Assembly (NCBI GenBank): GCA_047150005.1
Contig: AP038806.1
Coordinates: 928,001-992,000 of the forward strand
DNA: 64,000 bases
Direction of reading: 5' to 3'
Origin: Nitrospira sp.
GTDB lineage: Bacteria > Nitrospirota > Nitrospiria > Nitrospirales > Nitrospiraceae
Numbering within the stretch: position 1 is the first letter of the stretch; the number at the start of each line of letters is the position of its first letter. Below are positions 38,980 through 48,991 of this stretch, piece by piece. The position numbers were made by a program, and so were the translations under genes. The notes under the pieces were generated by a model. The model worked only from the letters and a program-made list of their open reading frames with translations, was not told the DNA's origin and made no database searches.

Positions 38980-39303
38980 TTACCGCCCAAACGCCTTCTT
39001 GAGCAGCGGCTCTATCTCGCCTTTGGCGGCCATCGGATCGAGGACGTCCGTGTCGCCATAGAACTGCCCATCGATGAAGACTTTGGGCAGGGTGGGCCAG
39101 TTGGTCATTTTGGTCAGGGCTTCGCGCTTCGCCGGCTGTGAGAGTACGTCGATCAGCTCGTAAGGATAGCCGTATTTGTCGAAGAACTGCATGGTCTCTC
39201 GTGTAAACCCGCACATCGGCATGGTCTTCGTGCCCTTGCCGTAGATCAGAATCTTGTTCGCGGCGATTTCTTTTTGAATTTCGTCCTGGATCGGGTCCCC
39301 CAT
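38980..39303 (-). CDS. grxD: Monothiol glutaredoxin Grx4
   Basis: KGT..PMCGFT, NWPTLPKVFIDGQFYGDTD. Confidence 0.9.
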   Translation of the reverse strand: MGDPIQDEIQKEIAANKILIYGKGTKTMPMCGFTRETMQFFDKYGYPYELIDVLSQPAKREALTKMTNWPTLPKVFIDGQFYGDTDVLDPMAAKGEIEPLLKKAFGR

Positions 39304-39316
39304 GATCTCCTCCTTC

Positions 39317-39556
39317 TTATGCTTCATCCTTTGTGCGAGCCGTCAGCTCCAGCGCGTGAATGCGTCCATCCTTCATTGGCGCATCAAGCGCTTGATAAAT
39401 CAGGCGATGCCGATCGAGCAGATTCTTACCCCGGAACGCCTCGGACACCACCACCACCTTCAAGTGGTCCAGGGTACCGGTGCGGTCGGTCATCGTCACG
39501 GCTGCGTCGGGCATCGCGCGCCTAATGTAGTCGGTCAAGGTTTCGGCTGTTATCAA
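39317..39556 (-). CDS. bolA: BolA family protein
   Basis: HLKVVVVSEAFRGK..RHRLIY..IHALEL; TTG start with GAGGAGG. Confidence 0.9.
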   Translation of the reverse strand: MITAETLTDYIRRAMPDAAVTMTDRTGTLDHLKVVVVSEAFRGKNLLDRHRLIYQALDAPMKDGRIHALELTARTKDEA

Positions 39557-39628
39557 CGGAGCCTCCTCAATATAGGCAGAGAATACCGTAGCAGCTTCCA
39601 GAAAGGCAATTTCCCCGACAACCCGCCC

Positions 39629-39694
39629 GGTAGTGGATCAGGTTGCCATCAGAAGCACTGAAGTGTGTCATTCCCGCGGGAAGCGGGAATCCAG
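39629..39694 (+). repeat. Palindromic element copy 3, right arm of the inverted repeat
   Basis: ggtagtggatcaggttgccatcagaagcactgaagtgtgtcattcccgcgggaagcgggaatccag. Confidence 0.8.
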
Positions 39695-40136
39695 TCAAGG
39701 CCTGGCCACGCACGCCTATTACGGATTCACCGTGAATCGGTTTTGATCCGCCACAAGCGTTCCTCCGTTCTGCGAGATCATCGCTCCCGTTCAAATTATT
39801 CGCGAAATCCAAGCATTTCGCACGATGCCGGCCGCCAATTTGATTGGTATGAATCTTGGGATAGCTCGCCACGGACGCTCATTGATCCAAGGAGGTGTTC
39901 GTATGGGCCATGTCATGACACTTACAGCCGCCGGAATCCTACTGAGTTCCTTACTGCTGTTGCGGCGTATCTGGTGACCTGTGTCGATCCCGGCGGTCAC
40001 AACCGGAAGGAAAACAGCAAGAGGTGGTGGTGGATATCAACTCATGGCGGTGGATATGAACCAGTCTCAAGAGACTAGGCGAAACAGGCTGAATGCTAAA
40101 CCTAGGAGAATCAGCGATTCTGAGCGTTTTCTGCAA

Positions 40137-40152
40137 TGGCACACTGGTTGCT
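40137..40152 (+). promoter_or_regulatory. Sigma-54 (-24/-12) promoter
   Basis: TGGCAC-ACTGG-TTGCT matches TGGCAC-N5-TTGCW, about 85 nt before the response regulator ATG. Confidence 0.7.
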
Positions 40153-40237
40153 CTCCTCCCTCGCAGGAATCGCGCAGACCGCAGAGCGAGATGGAAGACA
40201 CCATGAACACATCACCAATATCTACGAGGAGGGCATC

Positions 40238-40690
40238 ATGGGAGAAGAGTCTAAGGGAGGAGAATTTAAATCGGGATTCTTCATGCCGGAGCAGGCCACC
40301 AACGGACGCGTGCTCGTCGTCGACGATGAAGCCGACATTCGGAAGGTGGTGCGCATGACGCTGCAGAAGGCCGGGTACGACGTCCTCGAGGCCGAGGACG
40401 GGGAAAAGGCAATCAAGACCATCAACGCCGGGGAAAATCGGCTGCTTCTCGATGTCGTGATCTGCGACATCCGGATGCCGAAGATCAACGGGGTCGAAGC
40501 GGTCGCGTATTTCCGCGCCAACTACCCGCGCGTACCGCTCATCGTCCTGACCGGCTTCCCGGACACCGACATGGCCACGTCAATGTTGCGCCAAGGCGTC
40601 GTCGACTATCTCGTGAAGCCGGTTGAGGGGGAGAAGCTTCGGGAGGCGGTTGCGCGAGCGATGGATCAGCGCGAGCTCGCCCACTTATAA
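40238..40690 (+). CDS. Single-domain response regulator
   Basis: VVDDE, CDIRMP, LVKP; GAGGAGG RBS. Confidence 0.9.
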   Translation: MGEESKGGEFKSGFFMPEQATNGRVLVVDDEADIRKVVRMTLQKAGYDVLEAEDGEKAIKTINAGENRLLLDVVICDIRMPKINGVEAVAYFRANYPRVPLIVLTGFPDTDMATSMLRQGVVDYLVKPVEGEKLREAVARAMDQRELAHL

Positions 40691-40717
40691 ATGGCCTGCC
40701 GAACGCGTATGTTGCCA

Positions 40718-40746
40718 AGGGGAGGGTCGCTCAACGATCCTCCCCT
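40718..40746 (+). terminator. Hairpin between the response regulator and kinase genes
   Basis: AGGGGAGGGTCG-CTCAA-CGATCCTCCCCT; no U-tract. Confidence 0.4.
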
Positions 40747-40767
40747 CCGCCCCGGGAGGAACGCCCC

Positions 40768-41835
40768 GTGCAGAAGTTGACGGATAGCGCGGTGGTGTCG
40801 ACCATTGCGCCGACCAAAGTGGCGATTCTCGGCGCCGGCCGCGGAGGAATCGCCCTCCTCGATTTGTTGCACCAGATTCCGTCGATCGAGATCATCGGGA
40901 TCGCCGACCGCGACCGCCAAGCTCCGGGACTTCAACGGGCCCGCGACCTGCGGATTCCTGTCGCGGACCGAGCCGAAGAACTGATCGCCAATCACGGCGT
41001 CAATCTGATCATGGACGTCACCGCCGATCCTCAGATGGAGCGAACAATCCAACTCCATCGGCGGCCGGGCGCGGACGTCCTGAGCGGAACCGCCTCACGG
41101 GTTCTCTGGGAACTGGTCCGCCATGAGGCCAAGCTCCAGGCCGAACTGTTTCACGCCGAGAAGCTGGCGGGGATCGGCTCGTTCGCCGCCGGCATCGCAC
41201 ACGACATCAACAATCCGCTCCAGTTGATCCTTGGACTAGCGGAAAATCTGGCGGACGAGACCGATCTCACGACGATCCACGAGCAGGCCAAAGACATCGT
41301 CGAGGCAGTGAAACGGACCAGCGCCATTTGCCGGGATCTGATGCACTATGCACGCAAGTCGTCGTCCCGGGATGACTGTATGGTGAGTCTCAACGGACGA
41401 TTGGATGAGGCCCTGAAGATCGCCCGGTATGCGGCCAGCTTTCACGACATCGTCGTCGTCAAACAGTATGAGGCGGGGATCGGCGTAAAGGGCAATCCGG
41501 ATGAGTTGCTGCATGCGTTCGTGAACCTCATCACGAACGCCGTCCATGCTATGGACCAGGGAGGCGGCACGTTGACCTTAACGACGCACAAGGTCAGCGG
41601 CCAGGTCGTCGTTAGCATTGCCGACACGGGTTGCGGCATGTCGCCGGAGGTGCTGAAACGGTTGTTCGAGCCGTTCTTTACGACGAAGGGGCCGGGGAAA
41701 GGCACGGGGCTCGGCCTGTATAACGTGAAGACCATCCTCAACGACCTGCGCGCAACGATCGACGTGAAGAGCCTTATGGATGAGGGGACGACGGTGACCC
41801 TCACCTTTCCCATCCCCGACGAGGTGGCATCGTGA
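40768..41835 (+). CDS. Histidine kinase with N-terminal Rossmann-like domain
   Basis: ILGAGRGG; AHDINNPL; GTGLGL. Confidence 0.88.
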   Translation: MQKLTDSAVVSTIAPTKVAILGAGRGGIALLDLLHQIPSIEIIGIADRDRQAPGLQRARDLRIPVADRAEELIANHGVNLIMDVTADPQMERTIQLHRRPGADVLSGTASRVLWELVRHEAKLQAELFHAEKLAGIGSFAAGIAHDINNPLQLILGLAENLADETDLTTIHEQAKDIVEAVKRTSAICRDLMHYARKSSSRDDCMVSLNGRLDEALKIARYAASFHDIVVVKQYEAGIGVKGNPDELLHAFVNLITNAVHAMDQGGGTLTLTTHKVSGQVVVSIADTGCGMSPEVLKRLFEPFFTTKGPGKGTGLGLYNVKTILNDLRATIDVKSLMDEGTTVTLTFPIPDEVAS

Positions 41836-44357
41836 CCCCCCGGGGCAGCGGGCCGGCGCCGTCGACTCGCGGATGGAGACTCCATACCAAACTGATCGTC
41901 TCGATGCTCCTGGTCGGGGTCGTCCCGCTGCTCGTCGGCCTCGGAATGGCCTTCTGGCAGGGGTCCAAGGAGATCCATGAGGTCAGTGGAGAAAGTTTCA
42001 AGGCCTTGGCCACTGAGGCGGCCAGAAAACTCGACCTCCTGGTGGGTGAAGAGATCGGGAGAAATTCGCGGATCGCCTCGGACTCGATGATCATTCGGGA
42101 GCTCGAGCGGCGGCGCGATAACATTCAAGCCCGCACGTCGCCGACGCCGGATCCGCTCCTGGACGAGCAGCGGGCGAAATGGGAATCCAAAGACCCGGCT
42201 GCCGTCAAAGTGATTACCGAGAATCCCATCGCCACTCTGCTGCGCGAGTTTTACACGGGGGTGAGGAGCGAGCCGGATCAATTGATTCCTCAGGTCGTTC
42301 GTGGCGCCACCAAGATGCTGTTCGTCACGGACATCCAAGGCACTCTCGTGGCGGCCCTCACGGAGAGGCCGCGTTTTTCGAACGGTGAATCCGCGTGGTG
42401 GAAAGGCGCCTACAACAAGGGTATCGGTCAACTGTTTATTGAAGACGTCTATTACGATGATCTGGCCGGGACCTACGCCTTTTCGCTCTCTCTCCCGATT
42501 ATGGACAGCCTGGGCTACGAAGCGGTCGGCGTCCTCCACCGGGTGATCGACGCCAAGGAATTCTTCTCCCCTTCAACCCATGCGATCCGATTCGGCAAGA
42601 CCGGGCACGTCATGCTCATCGACCATCGCGGGATCGTGATGAGTTGCCCGATTCTTCCCACCGGAGTGAGTCTTTCCGACGCCAGTATCGTGCCGCTCGT
42701 CACGGGAGCCTACCCGGGATGGACCAGCGCGCCGAGCGACGGCCATGGAGGCCGTTCCTCGTCCATTATCGGATTTTCTCCGCTTCCCGAAACCAGCCGG
42801 ATCACCAACGGCTCGATCGAGATGGGATCATGGAATACGTTCGTCTGGCAATCCTCCGATGAATTGTTCGGACCCATCAGGCACCTGTTCACCTGGATGA
42901 CCGTGTTCGGCTCCATCGCGATGGTGCTGCTCGCGACGCTTGGGTATCTGGCGGCCACCCGTATCGTCACGCCGATCCGGCAACTGCAGCAGGCCGCGCA
43001 GTCCATCGGGCGCGGAGAGTTGCGGCAATCCATCCAGATCAAGACTGGTGATGAGCTCGAAGCCCTGGCCGAGGAGTTCAACCGCATGAACCGGCAACTC
43101 GAAGCCGCCTTCGCCGGGTTGACCGATCAGGTGAACCTCAAGACGCAGGAAGTCCAATACCTCCAGGAATCCACCGATCAGATTCTGGACGCCGTTCCCA
43201 CACCGATCATCATCATCGACGAACAGGAAGCGGTACAATATGTGAATCGAACCGGTCGCGAGGCCTTTCATCTCTCCAACGGCAGCGCGACCGCGGCGAA
43301 GCTCTTCGAGATCCTCCCGGTCGAGTCGACCCAGCAAGGGCGTCTGCGGCAGGAGCTGGAGGAGCAGACCGCGCGGGTCTCCGTGCTGTCCGTCTCGGGC
43401 GCCGAAGCAGCCGCCGGCTCCAAAATAGCTCTGCGCGATCCCTTAGCTCCCCTCCTCGGAACAGAAACCGACGATGGGCGGGCTGAGATCCAACTCGGGC
43501 ACCGGATCTATCAGTATCAATGGTTCCGCGTCATCGGGCGGCCCGGAGAATCCGAACGCGTCGGACTCGTGCTGCGCGACACGACGGACGAGAGCCGCAT
43601 GCAGGACAATCTCATTCAGGCCGAGAAATCCGGCAGCCTCGGCCTGCTCACGGCCGGCATCGGCCACGAACTCAATAACCCCCTGTTCGGCATCCTCGGA
43701 CTGGGGGAAGCGATCCAGGAGGAAGGCGATCTTGGTCGCGTGAAATCATACGCCCAGGACATCCTGCAACACGGCAGACGCATGGCGTCCATCATCCGGG
43801 ACTTCACCGGCGTGACCACGCGCGAATCCTCAGACCAGCGGCTATCCGTGACCCTTGAGCGGGAGATCGATCGAACCTTGGCCGCGCTCACCCTGACCCT
43901 GGATGTGTCCGCTCTGAAGATCGAGCGTGATTACGCCGGTGAAACCCCGGTCGTCGTGTCGCCCGATCAGCTCAGGCAGGCGTTGAACAACATCATGGTG
44001 AACGCCATCCAGGCGATGAAGGGACGGGGAACCTTGCGCCTCGTGACCTCGCTGGTGGATCAATCCGTCGTGGCCACAATCGCCGACTCGGGGCCGGGGA
44101 TCCCCAAACAGCACCTCTCGAAAATCTTCGATCCATTCTTTACGACCAAGGGACAGGGAGAAGGATCGGGTCTCGGCCTCACCGTCGCACGCCGAATCAT
44201 CAGGAAGTTCGGCGGCGATATCCGGTTGGAAAGCGTGGAGGGGCAAGGCACCTCCTGCATCATCACCCTTCCGGCAGCGCCCCGGTCCCCCTCGTCGAAG
44301 GAGGCCCCATGTACCGTCCCCGAATCTCACATTCCGCCGCAATCGTCGCATTCGTAA
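41832..44357 (+). CDS. Cache/HAMP/PAS sensor histidine kinase
   Basis: Two TM segments, HAMP (DELEALAEEFNRM), GHELNNPL, GSGLGL. Confidence 0.9.
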   Translation: MTPRGSGPAPSTRGWRLHTKLIVSMLLVGVVPLLVGLGMAFWQGSKEIHEVSGESFKALATEAARKLDLLVGEEIGRNSRIASDSMIIRELERRRDNIQARTSPTPDPLLDEQRAKWESKDPAAVKVITENPIATLLREFYTGVRSEPDQLIPQVVRGATKMLFVTDIQGTLVAALTERPRFSNGESAWWKGAYNKGIGQLFIEDVYYDDLAGTYAFSLSLPIMDSLGYEAVGVLHRVIDAKEFFSPSTHAIRFGKTGHVMLIDHRGIVMSCPILPTGVSLSDASIVPLVTGAYPGWTSAPSDGHGGRSSSIIGFSPLPETSRITNGSIEMGSWNTFVWQSSDELFGPIRHLFTWMTVFGSIAMVLLATLGYLAATRIVTPIRQLQQAAQSIGRGELRQSIQIKTGDELEALAEEFNRMNRQLEAAFAGLTDQVNLKTQEVQYLQESTDQILDAVPTPIIIIDEQEAVQYVNRTGREAFHLSNGSATAAKLFEILPVESTQQGRLRQELEEQTARVSVLSVSGAEAAAGSKIALRDPLAPLLGTETDDGRAEIQLGHRIYQYQWFRVIGRPGESERVGLVLRDTTDESRMQDNLIQAEKSGSLGLLTAGIGHELNNPLFGILGLGEAIQEEGDLGRVKSYAQDILQHGRRMASIIRDFTGVTTRESSDQRLSVTLEREIDRTLAALTLTLDVSALKIERDYAGETPVVVSPDQLRQALNNIMVNAIQAMKGRGTLRLVTSLVDQSVVATIADSGPGIPKQHLSKIFDPFFTTKGQGEGSGLGLTVARRIIRKFGGDIRLESVEGQGTSCIITLPAAPRSPSSKEAPCTVPESHIPPQSSHS

Positions 44358-44902
44358 TTCTCTGCAGCTGGAGCGGATCCACGGCATTTTCGGCCAAAGA
44401 GGCGCCGCAGCCCATCGGCATCCCCCCGGAAAAGGTGGCCGGCTATGTCCATGCCGTGCTGCAGGCAGACCGCACGATTTACACGAAGCAGGTCGTCAAT
44501 CGCATGCAGGAGAAGGGAGTAGTCAACGCGGCTGAACATTGGGAACAGGACAATGCCTTGCCGCTGCCGGCGCAGTTTCTTCAACATTCCGGAAAACTGG
44601 TCGCCGAGAGTGGAGAAGGCATCCGCTATCGGCTGATCGGGCTGTCCCCCATCTACCAGCGCAACGCGCCGGCGACGGACTTCGAGCGCAAAGCGCTGGA
44701 ATCCTTGAACAGGTCCTCCAACGCTCCCGTAACCGGCATCGTGTCGAGCGGGCGGAAGCAGTATTTCCAAGCCATCTATCCGGACCGAGCCGTCTCCGCC
44801 GCCTGCGTGAGCTGCCACAACAGCCACCCGCTCAGTCCCAAGCGGGACTTCAAGCTCAACGACGTCATGGGGGGCATCGCCATTACGATTCCGTTGGATT
44901 AA
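44309..44902 (+). CDS. DUF3365/Tll0287-like c-type heme protein
   Basis: Signal peptide, LPLPAQF, CVSCH, DVMGG. Confidence 0.8.
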   Translation: MYRPRISHSAAIVAFVILCSWSGSTAFSAKEAPQPIGIPPEKVAGYVHAVLQADRTIYTKQVVNRMQEKGVVNAAEHWEQDNALPLPAQFLQHSGKLVAESGEGIRYRLIGLSPIYQRNAPATDFERKALESLNRSSNAPVTGIVSSGRKQYFQAIYPDRAVSAACVSCHNSHPLSPKRDFKLNDVMGGIAITIPLD

Positions 44903-44987
44903 CGGCAGACCGGTTCCGTTCGCACGTAGTCCTCTGGATAGAGGGCACGGCATCTCCGGAGGAATCAGCACATACCGGCAGGTGGGC

Positions 44988-46061
44988 TCAGGGGGCGGGA
45001 ACGTTCTGCTGGTACTCTTCCCGATAAATCTGCAGCGCCGTGATGAAGAGACTGACCAGAACCGGTCCGATGAAGAGGCCGATCAGGCCATAGAGAGCCA
45101 GGCCGCCGAGGACGCTGAAGACCAGAAAGAGCACGGGAATCTCCACATCCTTGCCGATCAGCCAGGGTCGAAGGACCTGATCCACCGTCGAGACGACTCC
45201 CACTCCCCAGGCCAGCATTGCCACCGCTTTCCAAATCGTTCCGGTCCAGAAGAGATAGGCCACGACCGGGCCCCAAACGAGCGCCGTCCCTCCGAACGGG
45301 ATCGGCGCCAGAATGATCGTCAGCGCGGTGAGCACGACGGGGAACGGCACACCGAGCACCAAATAGGCCAGGCCCGCCAGAAGGCCCTGAACTGTCGCCG
45401 TGACGAGCATGCCCTTGACCACGGCCCGGACGGTTTGATCCAAACGAGTGAGGATCTTCTGCTTGTGCAACCGGTCCAGTGGAATGAGGTCGTTGAGCGA
45501 CTGAGTCCATTCCTTGCCCTCTTTATAGAGGAAGAACAGCACCAACAGCATGATGAAAAAATCCGTGACGAGCAACAACGTGTTCTTCAACAGACCGCCC
45601 ATTTGATCGACGAAGAACTGGCTGAGAAACTTGGCTCCGGTCATGACCGATTGTTCCGCCGAGATCTCCTGGAGATTCTTCCCGGTGACGAGGCTCCGGA
45701 GCCATTCGCCGGCGACCGGCACGGCCGCGACATGCTCGGGCAGGCGATCCAGCCCCCCTTCGGCGATCCAGGACCGGATCGCTTTTTCCGCGTCCCTGGT
45801 CTCATGAACGAGCAGGATGCCGATGATGATCAACGGCACCACGACGACGGCCAGCACTCCGATGGTCAACATCGAGGCGGAGAGCGTATCCCAGCCGCCG
45901 CAGAGCCTGGTCAACCGTTCATGGAGCGGATAGGTCGCGTGCACGAGGAGCGCCGCCCAGAGGGCCGGAAACACGAACGGCTGGAGGATGAGTCCGATTT
46001 GATAGAGAAGAAAGAGAAGAAGCCCGAAGAAGACAACCGTAAACGGATGCGGTCTGGTCAT
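44988..46061 (-). CDS. AI-2E family transporter
   Basis: Multi-TM; DQVLRP..GGLALYGLIGLFIGP. Confidence 0.88.
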   Translation of the reverse strand: MTRPHPFTVVFFGLLLFLLYQIGLILQPFVFPALWAALLVHATYPLHERLTRLCGGWDTLSASMLTIGVLAVVVVPLIIIGILLVHETRDAEKAIRSWIAEGGLDRLPEHVAAVPVAGEWLRSLVTGKNLQEISAEQSVMTGAKFLSQFFVDQMGGLLKNTLLLVTDFFIMLLVLFFLYKEGKEWTQSLNDLIPLDRLHKQKILTRLDQTVRAVVKGMLVTATVQGLLAGLAYLVLGVPFPVVLTALTIILAPIPFGGTALVWGPVVAYLFWTGTIWKAVAMLAWGVGVVSTVDQVLRPWLIGKDVEIPVLFLVFSVLGGLALYGLIGLFIGPVLVSLFITALQIYREEYQQNVPAP

Positions 46062-46095
46062 GCGTGTTTGGATCCCGTTGACCAGCCCACTATCG

Positions 46096-46539
46096 CTAGG
46101 CGTTCGACTCCTTGTCAAGGACGACGACGTGTTTGGTTCGATGGGTGGAGAGCTCGTGAACGGTGCCGGGAATCTTGGGCAGTTCGTCCGGCCAGGACGC
46201 GACACCCATGTCCGTGGAGCCTTGCAGCTTCGCGCCTTCCTCCATCATCAAGACCGGAGCATGGACTTCGCCGATCAGAATGGCGGTCTTGAGCAGCTGC
46301 ACGCGTTCGCTGGCCGTCACCGTGGCCTTGATGCGGCCGCTGCTGACCACCACGCCCGCATCGATGGTCCCTTGCACCAGCCCCTCCTCGCCGATGATCA
46401 CCTGCCCGTTGGTGTGAATGTCTCCTTCGAGGCGTCCGTCGATCCGAACCGTGCCGTCGACGCGAATCTCGCCCCTCAACTGGACCCCCCTGGCCAGGAG
46501 GGTGATGTTATCGTCGCCGGAGAATCCGTTTTTCTTCAT
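46096..46539 (-). CDS. Bactofilin (polymer-forming cytoskeletal protein)
   Basis: LRGEIRVDGTVRIDGRLEGDI..VIIGEEG..MEEGAKLQG. Confidence 0.88.
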   Translation of the reverse strand: MKKNGFSGDDNITLLARGVQLRGEIRVDGTVRIDGRLEGDIHTNGQVIIGEEGLVQGTIDAGVVVSSGRIKATVTASERVQLLKTAILIGEVHAPVLMMEEGAKLQGSTDMGVASWPDELPKIPGTVHELSTHRTKHVVVLDKESNA

Positions 46540-46621
46540 CAAGGCCCTCCTCACGCCATGTCACGCCAGATTACACCATCCACCCTGAATGGCCTAGCAG
46601 ATAATCGAATCGCCCGTCCGC

Positions 46622-48946
46622 TCATGACAGGCCGAACGAGCGCCGCAGGCGCTCCCACATCCCTCCCCCATGAGTCTCGCAATAGACGCTCGGCTCGGTG
46701 CCGTCGATGAATACCTCCGCCTCCTGCTCGGGACATTGGGAGGTTGCGAGCTGCCCGGTCCTCGGATCCACGCGGCGCGTCACGATGCCGGTCGGAATCT
46801 GAAACCGCGGAGCACGTTCCGGCACGACGCGCCGGACGACGTCCATCCAGATCGGGAGCGCCGCCTGACTCCCGGTGAGACGAAGCGGCTGCTCATCGTC
46901 GAATCCCACCCATACGCCGATCGTGAGGTCGGCTGTATAGCCGACGAACCAGGCATCACGATACCCATCGGTCGTTCCCGTCTTGCCGGCAATCGCGCCG
47001 GCGAAGCCGAGCGTCCTGGCTTTGGTCGCGGTACCCCGCTGAATGACGCCGTCCAGGAGCGACGTCACCACGTACGCCGCTTGGGCCGATACCGCCTGCT
47101 TGCGATCGGGCGTGGCGGTCCAGAGAAAGGCTCCTTGGCGATCGGCGACCGACCGGACCACGGTCGGACGAACCCAGATCCCTCCGTTCGCGACCGCTCC
47201 GTAGGCCGCGGTGATCTCCAGCAGCGAGACGGACGAACTCCCCAGGGCGATCGAGAGGTCCTCGGCCAAGGGACTCGTCACACCGAGACGCCTGAGCAGA
47301 TCCGTCACGGCGCGGGTGCCCACCGCCTGAGCGACCCGGACGGCGGGCACATTGAGTGACTGCTCCAACGCGCTACGCACGGTCACGCGGCCGCGGAACT
47401 GGCGGTCATAGTTCTTGGGAGACCAGGCACCGGTATCGGACTCGAACGTGACCGGTTCATCCGCCAGCAGACTGGCGGCCGTCAGGTTCGGCCCCTTCCC
47501 CTCCCGGGATGCTTCGAAGGCGGCCAGATAAATGAACGGCTTGAAGAGCGATCCGGCTTGCCGGCGGGCTTGGACGGCCCGGTTGAACTGGCTGAGACGA
47601 TAATCCCGCCCCCCCACAAGGGCCAGGATGGAACCGGTCGTCTGCTCCAGGATGACGACCGAAGCTTGAACCGGCCGACCTGCTGCTGCCAGCGACGGCA
47701 CGGTCCGTTCCAGCTTCTTCAACCCCTGTTCCACCGCATCGGTCGAGACCTGCTGGAGGATCGGATCGAGCGTGCTGTCGATGCGCAGTCCTTCCGGCAG
47801 CGGCGTCCCGACCGCCTCTTCCACCTGCCGCAACGCGGCATCCACGAAGTAGGGCGCGTCCGCCAGCACATCGTCGGGCGGTACGACCCGAAGCGGCTCG
47901 TTCACGGCGGTCTTCCACTCTTCTTCCGTGAGTCGCCCCCGTTCCCGCAGCATGCGAAGCACCACGTCCCGACGTTCGACGGCCGCCTCCGGATGCTTGG
48001 TCGGCGCATAGGTGTTGGGACCCTTGATCAAACCGGCGACCAGCGCCGTCTCCGCGACGGTGAGTTGGGGCAGCGATTTCCCGAAATAGCGATGCGCCGC
48101 CTCGCCGATCCCGTAGATCGAGACGAAGCCCGCCTGGCCCAGGTAGATTTCGTTGAGGTAACTCTCCAGAATCTCCTGCTTGCGATACTTCACTTCCAGC
48201 ACGACGGCGGCCAGCGCCTCTTTCATCTTCCGGACGAACGTCCGCTGGGGCGAATAGAAGAGATTCTTCGCGAGTTGCTGGGTGATGGTGCTGCCGCCCT
48301 GCACAACCACGCCGCTGATCAGGTTCCGCCAGACGGCCCGGCCGATCGCGACCGGATCAATACCGACATGCGAGAAGAAGCGGCGATCCTCGACCGACAG
48401 CACCGCGTCCACGATGAACGGCGGCATGTCCGCAAGGAGGATCCATTCGCGCACCTGCCTGGACCCGCCCCGCAACCCGCTGATCAACTCGGGCTCCAGA
48501 TAGACGGGGAACACGGGCGTCCGATCCGGCATCGACAGAACTTCCGTGATCGTCCCCTGATCCAACGTCAGCCGGATCACGCGGGCCTTCAAGAGACTCT
48601 CGGGCTGCGCGCGCAGATAGATCGTCAACGCCTCGGGGATCAGGTGATAGTCTCCCGGGGTCGCGACTTCGCCGGTCACGGCCCGATAGCCGAGCCGCTG
48701 CAACCGCTCGAGCAGCCGCGACTCTTTGACCGACAGGTCGGACTTCAACTGGAACGGCGCAGTATAAAGCCGTAACGGCGGATGATCCTCGCGTTTCGGC
48801 AATTCGAGGAACGTCGCGAGGTAGGCTCCATAGGTGACCACCGCAAGCAGCAGGAGCAGGCCCAGGCCTGCCGCGGCCACGGCGCCTCGTATGAGCCAAG
48901 GGGAACGCACGACTGTCCGGATCCATGCACGCATGGCGGTTACCAC
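46622..48946 (-). CDS. Class A penicillin-binding protein (PBP1B-like)
   Basis: EDRRF, GGSTITQQL, SLFK (SxxK), SLN, KTG. Confidence 0.93.
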   Translation of the reverse strand: MVTAMRAWIRTVVRSPWLIRGAVAAAGLGLLLLLAVVTYGAYLATFLELPKREDHPPLRLYTAPFQLKSDLSVKESRLLERLQRLGYRAVTGEVATPGDYHLIPEALTIYLRAQPESLLKARVIRLTLDQGTITEVLSMPDRTPVFPVYLEPELISGLRGGSRQVREWILLADMPPFIVDAVLSVEDRRFFSHVGIDPVAIGRAVWRNLISGVVVQGGSTITQQLAKNLFYSPQRTFVRKMKEALAAVVLEVKYRKQEILESYLNEIYLGQAGFVSIYGIGEAAHRYFGKSLPQLTVAETALVAGLIKGPNTYAPTKHPEAAVERRDVVLRMLRERGRLTEEEWKTAVNEPLRVVPPDDVLADAPYFVDAALRQVEEAVGTPLPEGLRIDSTLDPILQQVSTDAVEQGLKKLERTVPSLAAAGRPVQASVVILEQTTGSILALVGGRDYRLSQFNRAVQARRQAGSLFKPFIYLAAFEASREGKGPNLTAASLLADEPVTFESDTGAWSPKNYDRQFRGRVTVRSALEQSLNVPAVRVAQAVGTRAVTDLLRRLGVTSPLAEDLSIALGSSSVSLLEITAAYGAVANGGIWVRPTVVRSVADRQGAFLWTATPDRKQAVSAQAAYVVTSLLDGVIQRGTATKARTLGFAGAIAGKTGTTDGYRDAWFVGYTADLTIGVWVGFDDEQPLRLTGSQAALPIWMDVVRRVVPERAPRFQIPTGIVTRRVDPRTGQLATSQCPEQEAEVFIDGTEPSVYCETHGGGMWERLRRSFGLS

Positions 48947-48991
48947 GAAGGGATTTCAGGTCGACGTTCCCGATCCGAAGGCTCGCGCTCC

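Noticed and set aside
39743..39756. FNR/CRP-like box TTGAT-N4-CACAA
   Set aside because: The second half-site matches poorly and cannot be distinguished from chance.
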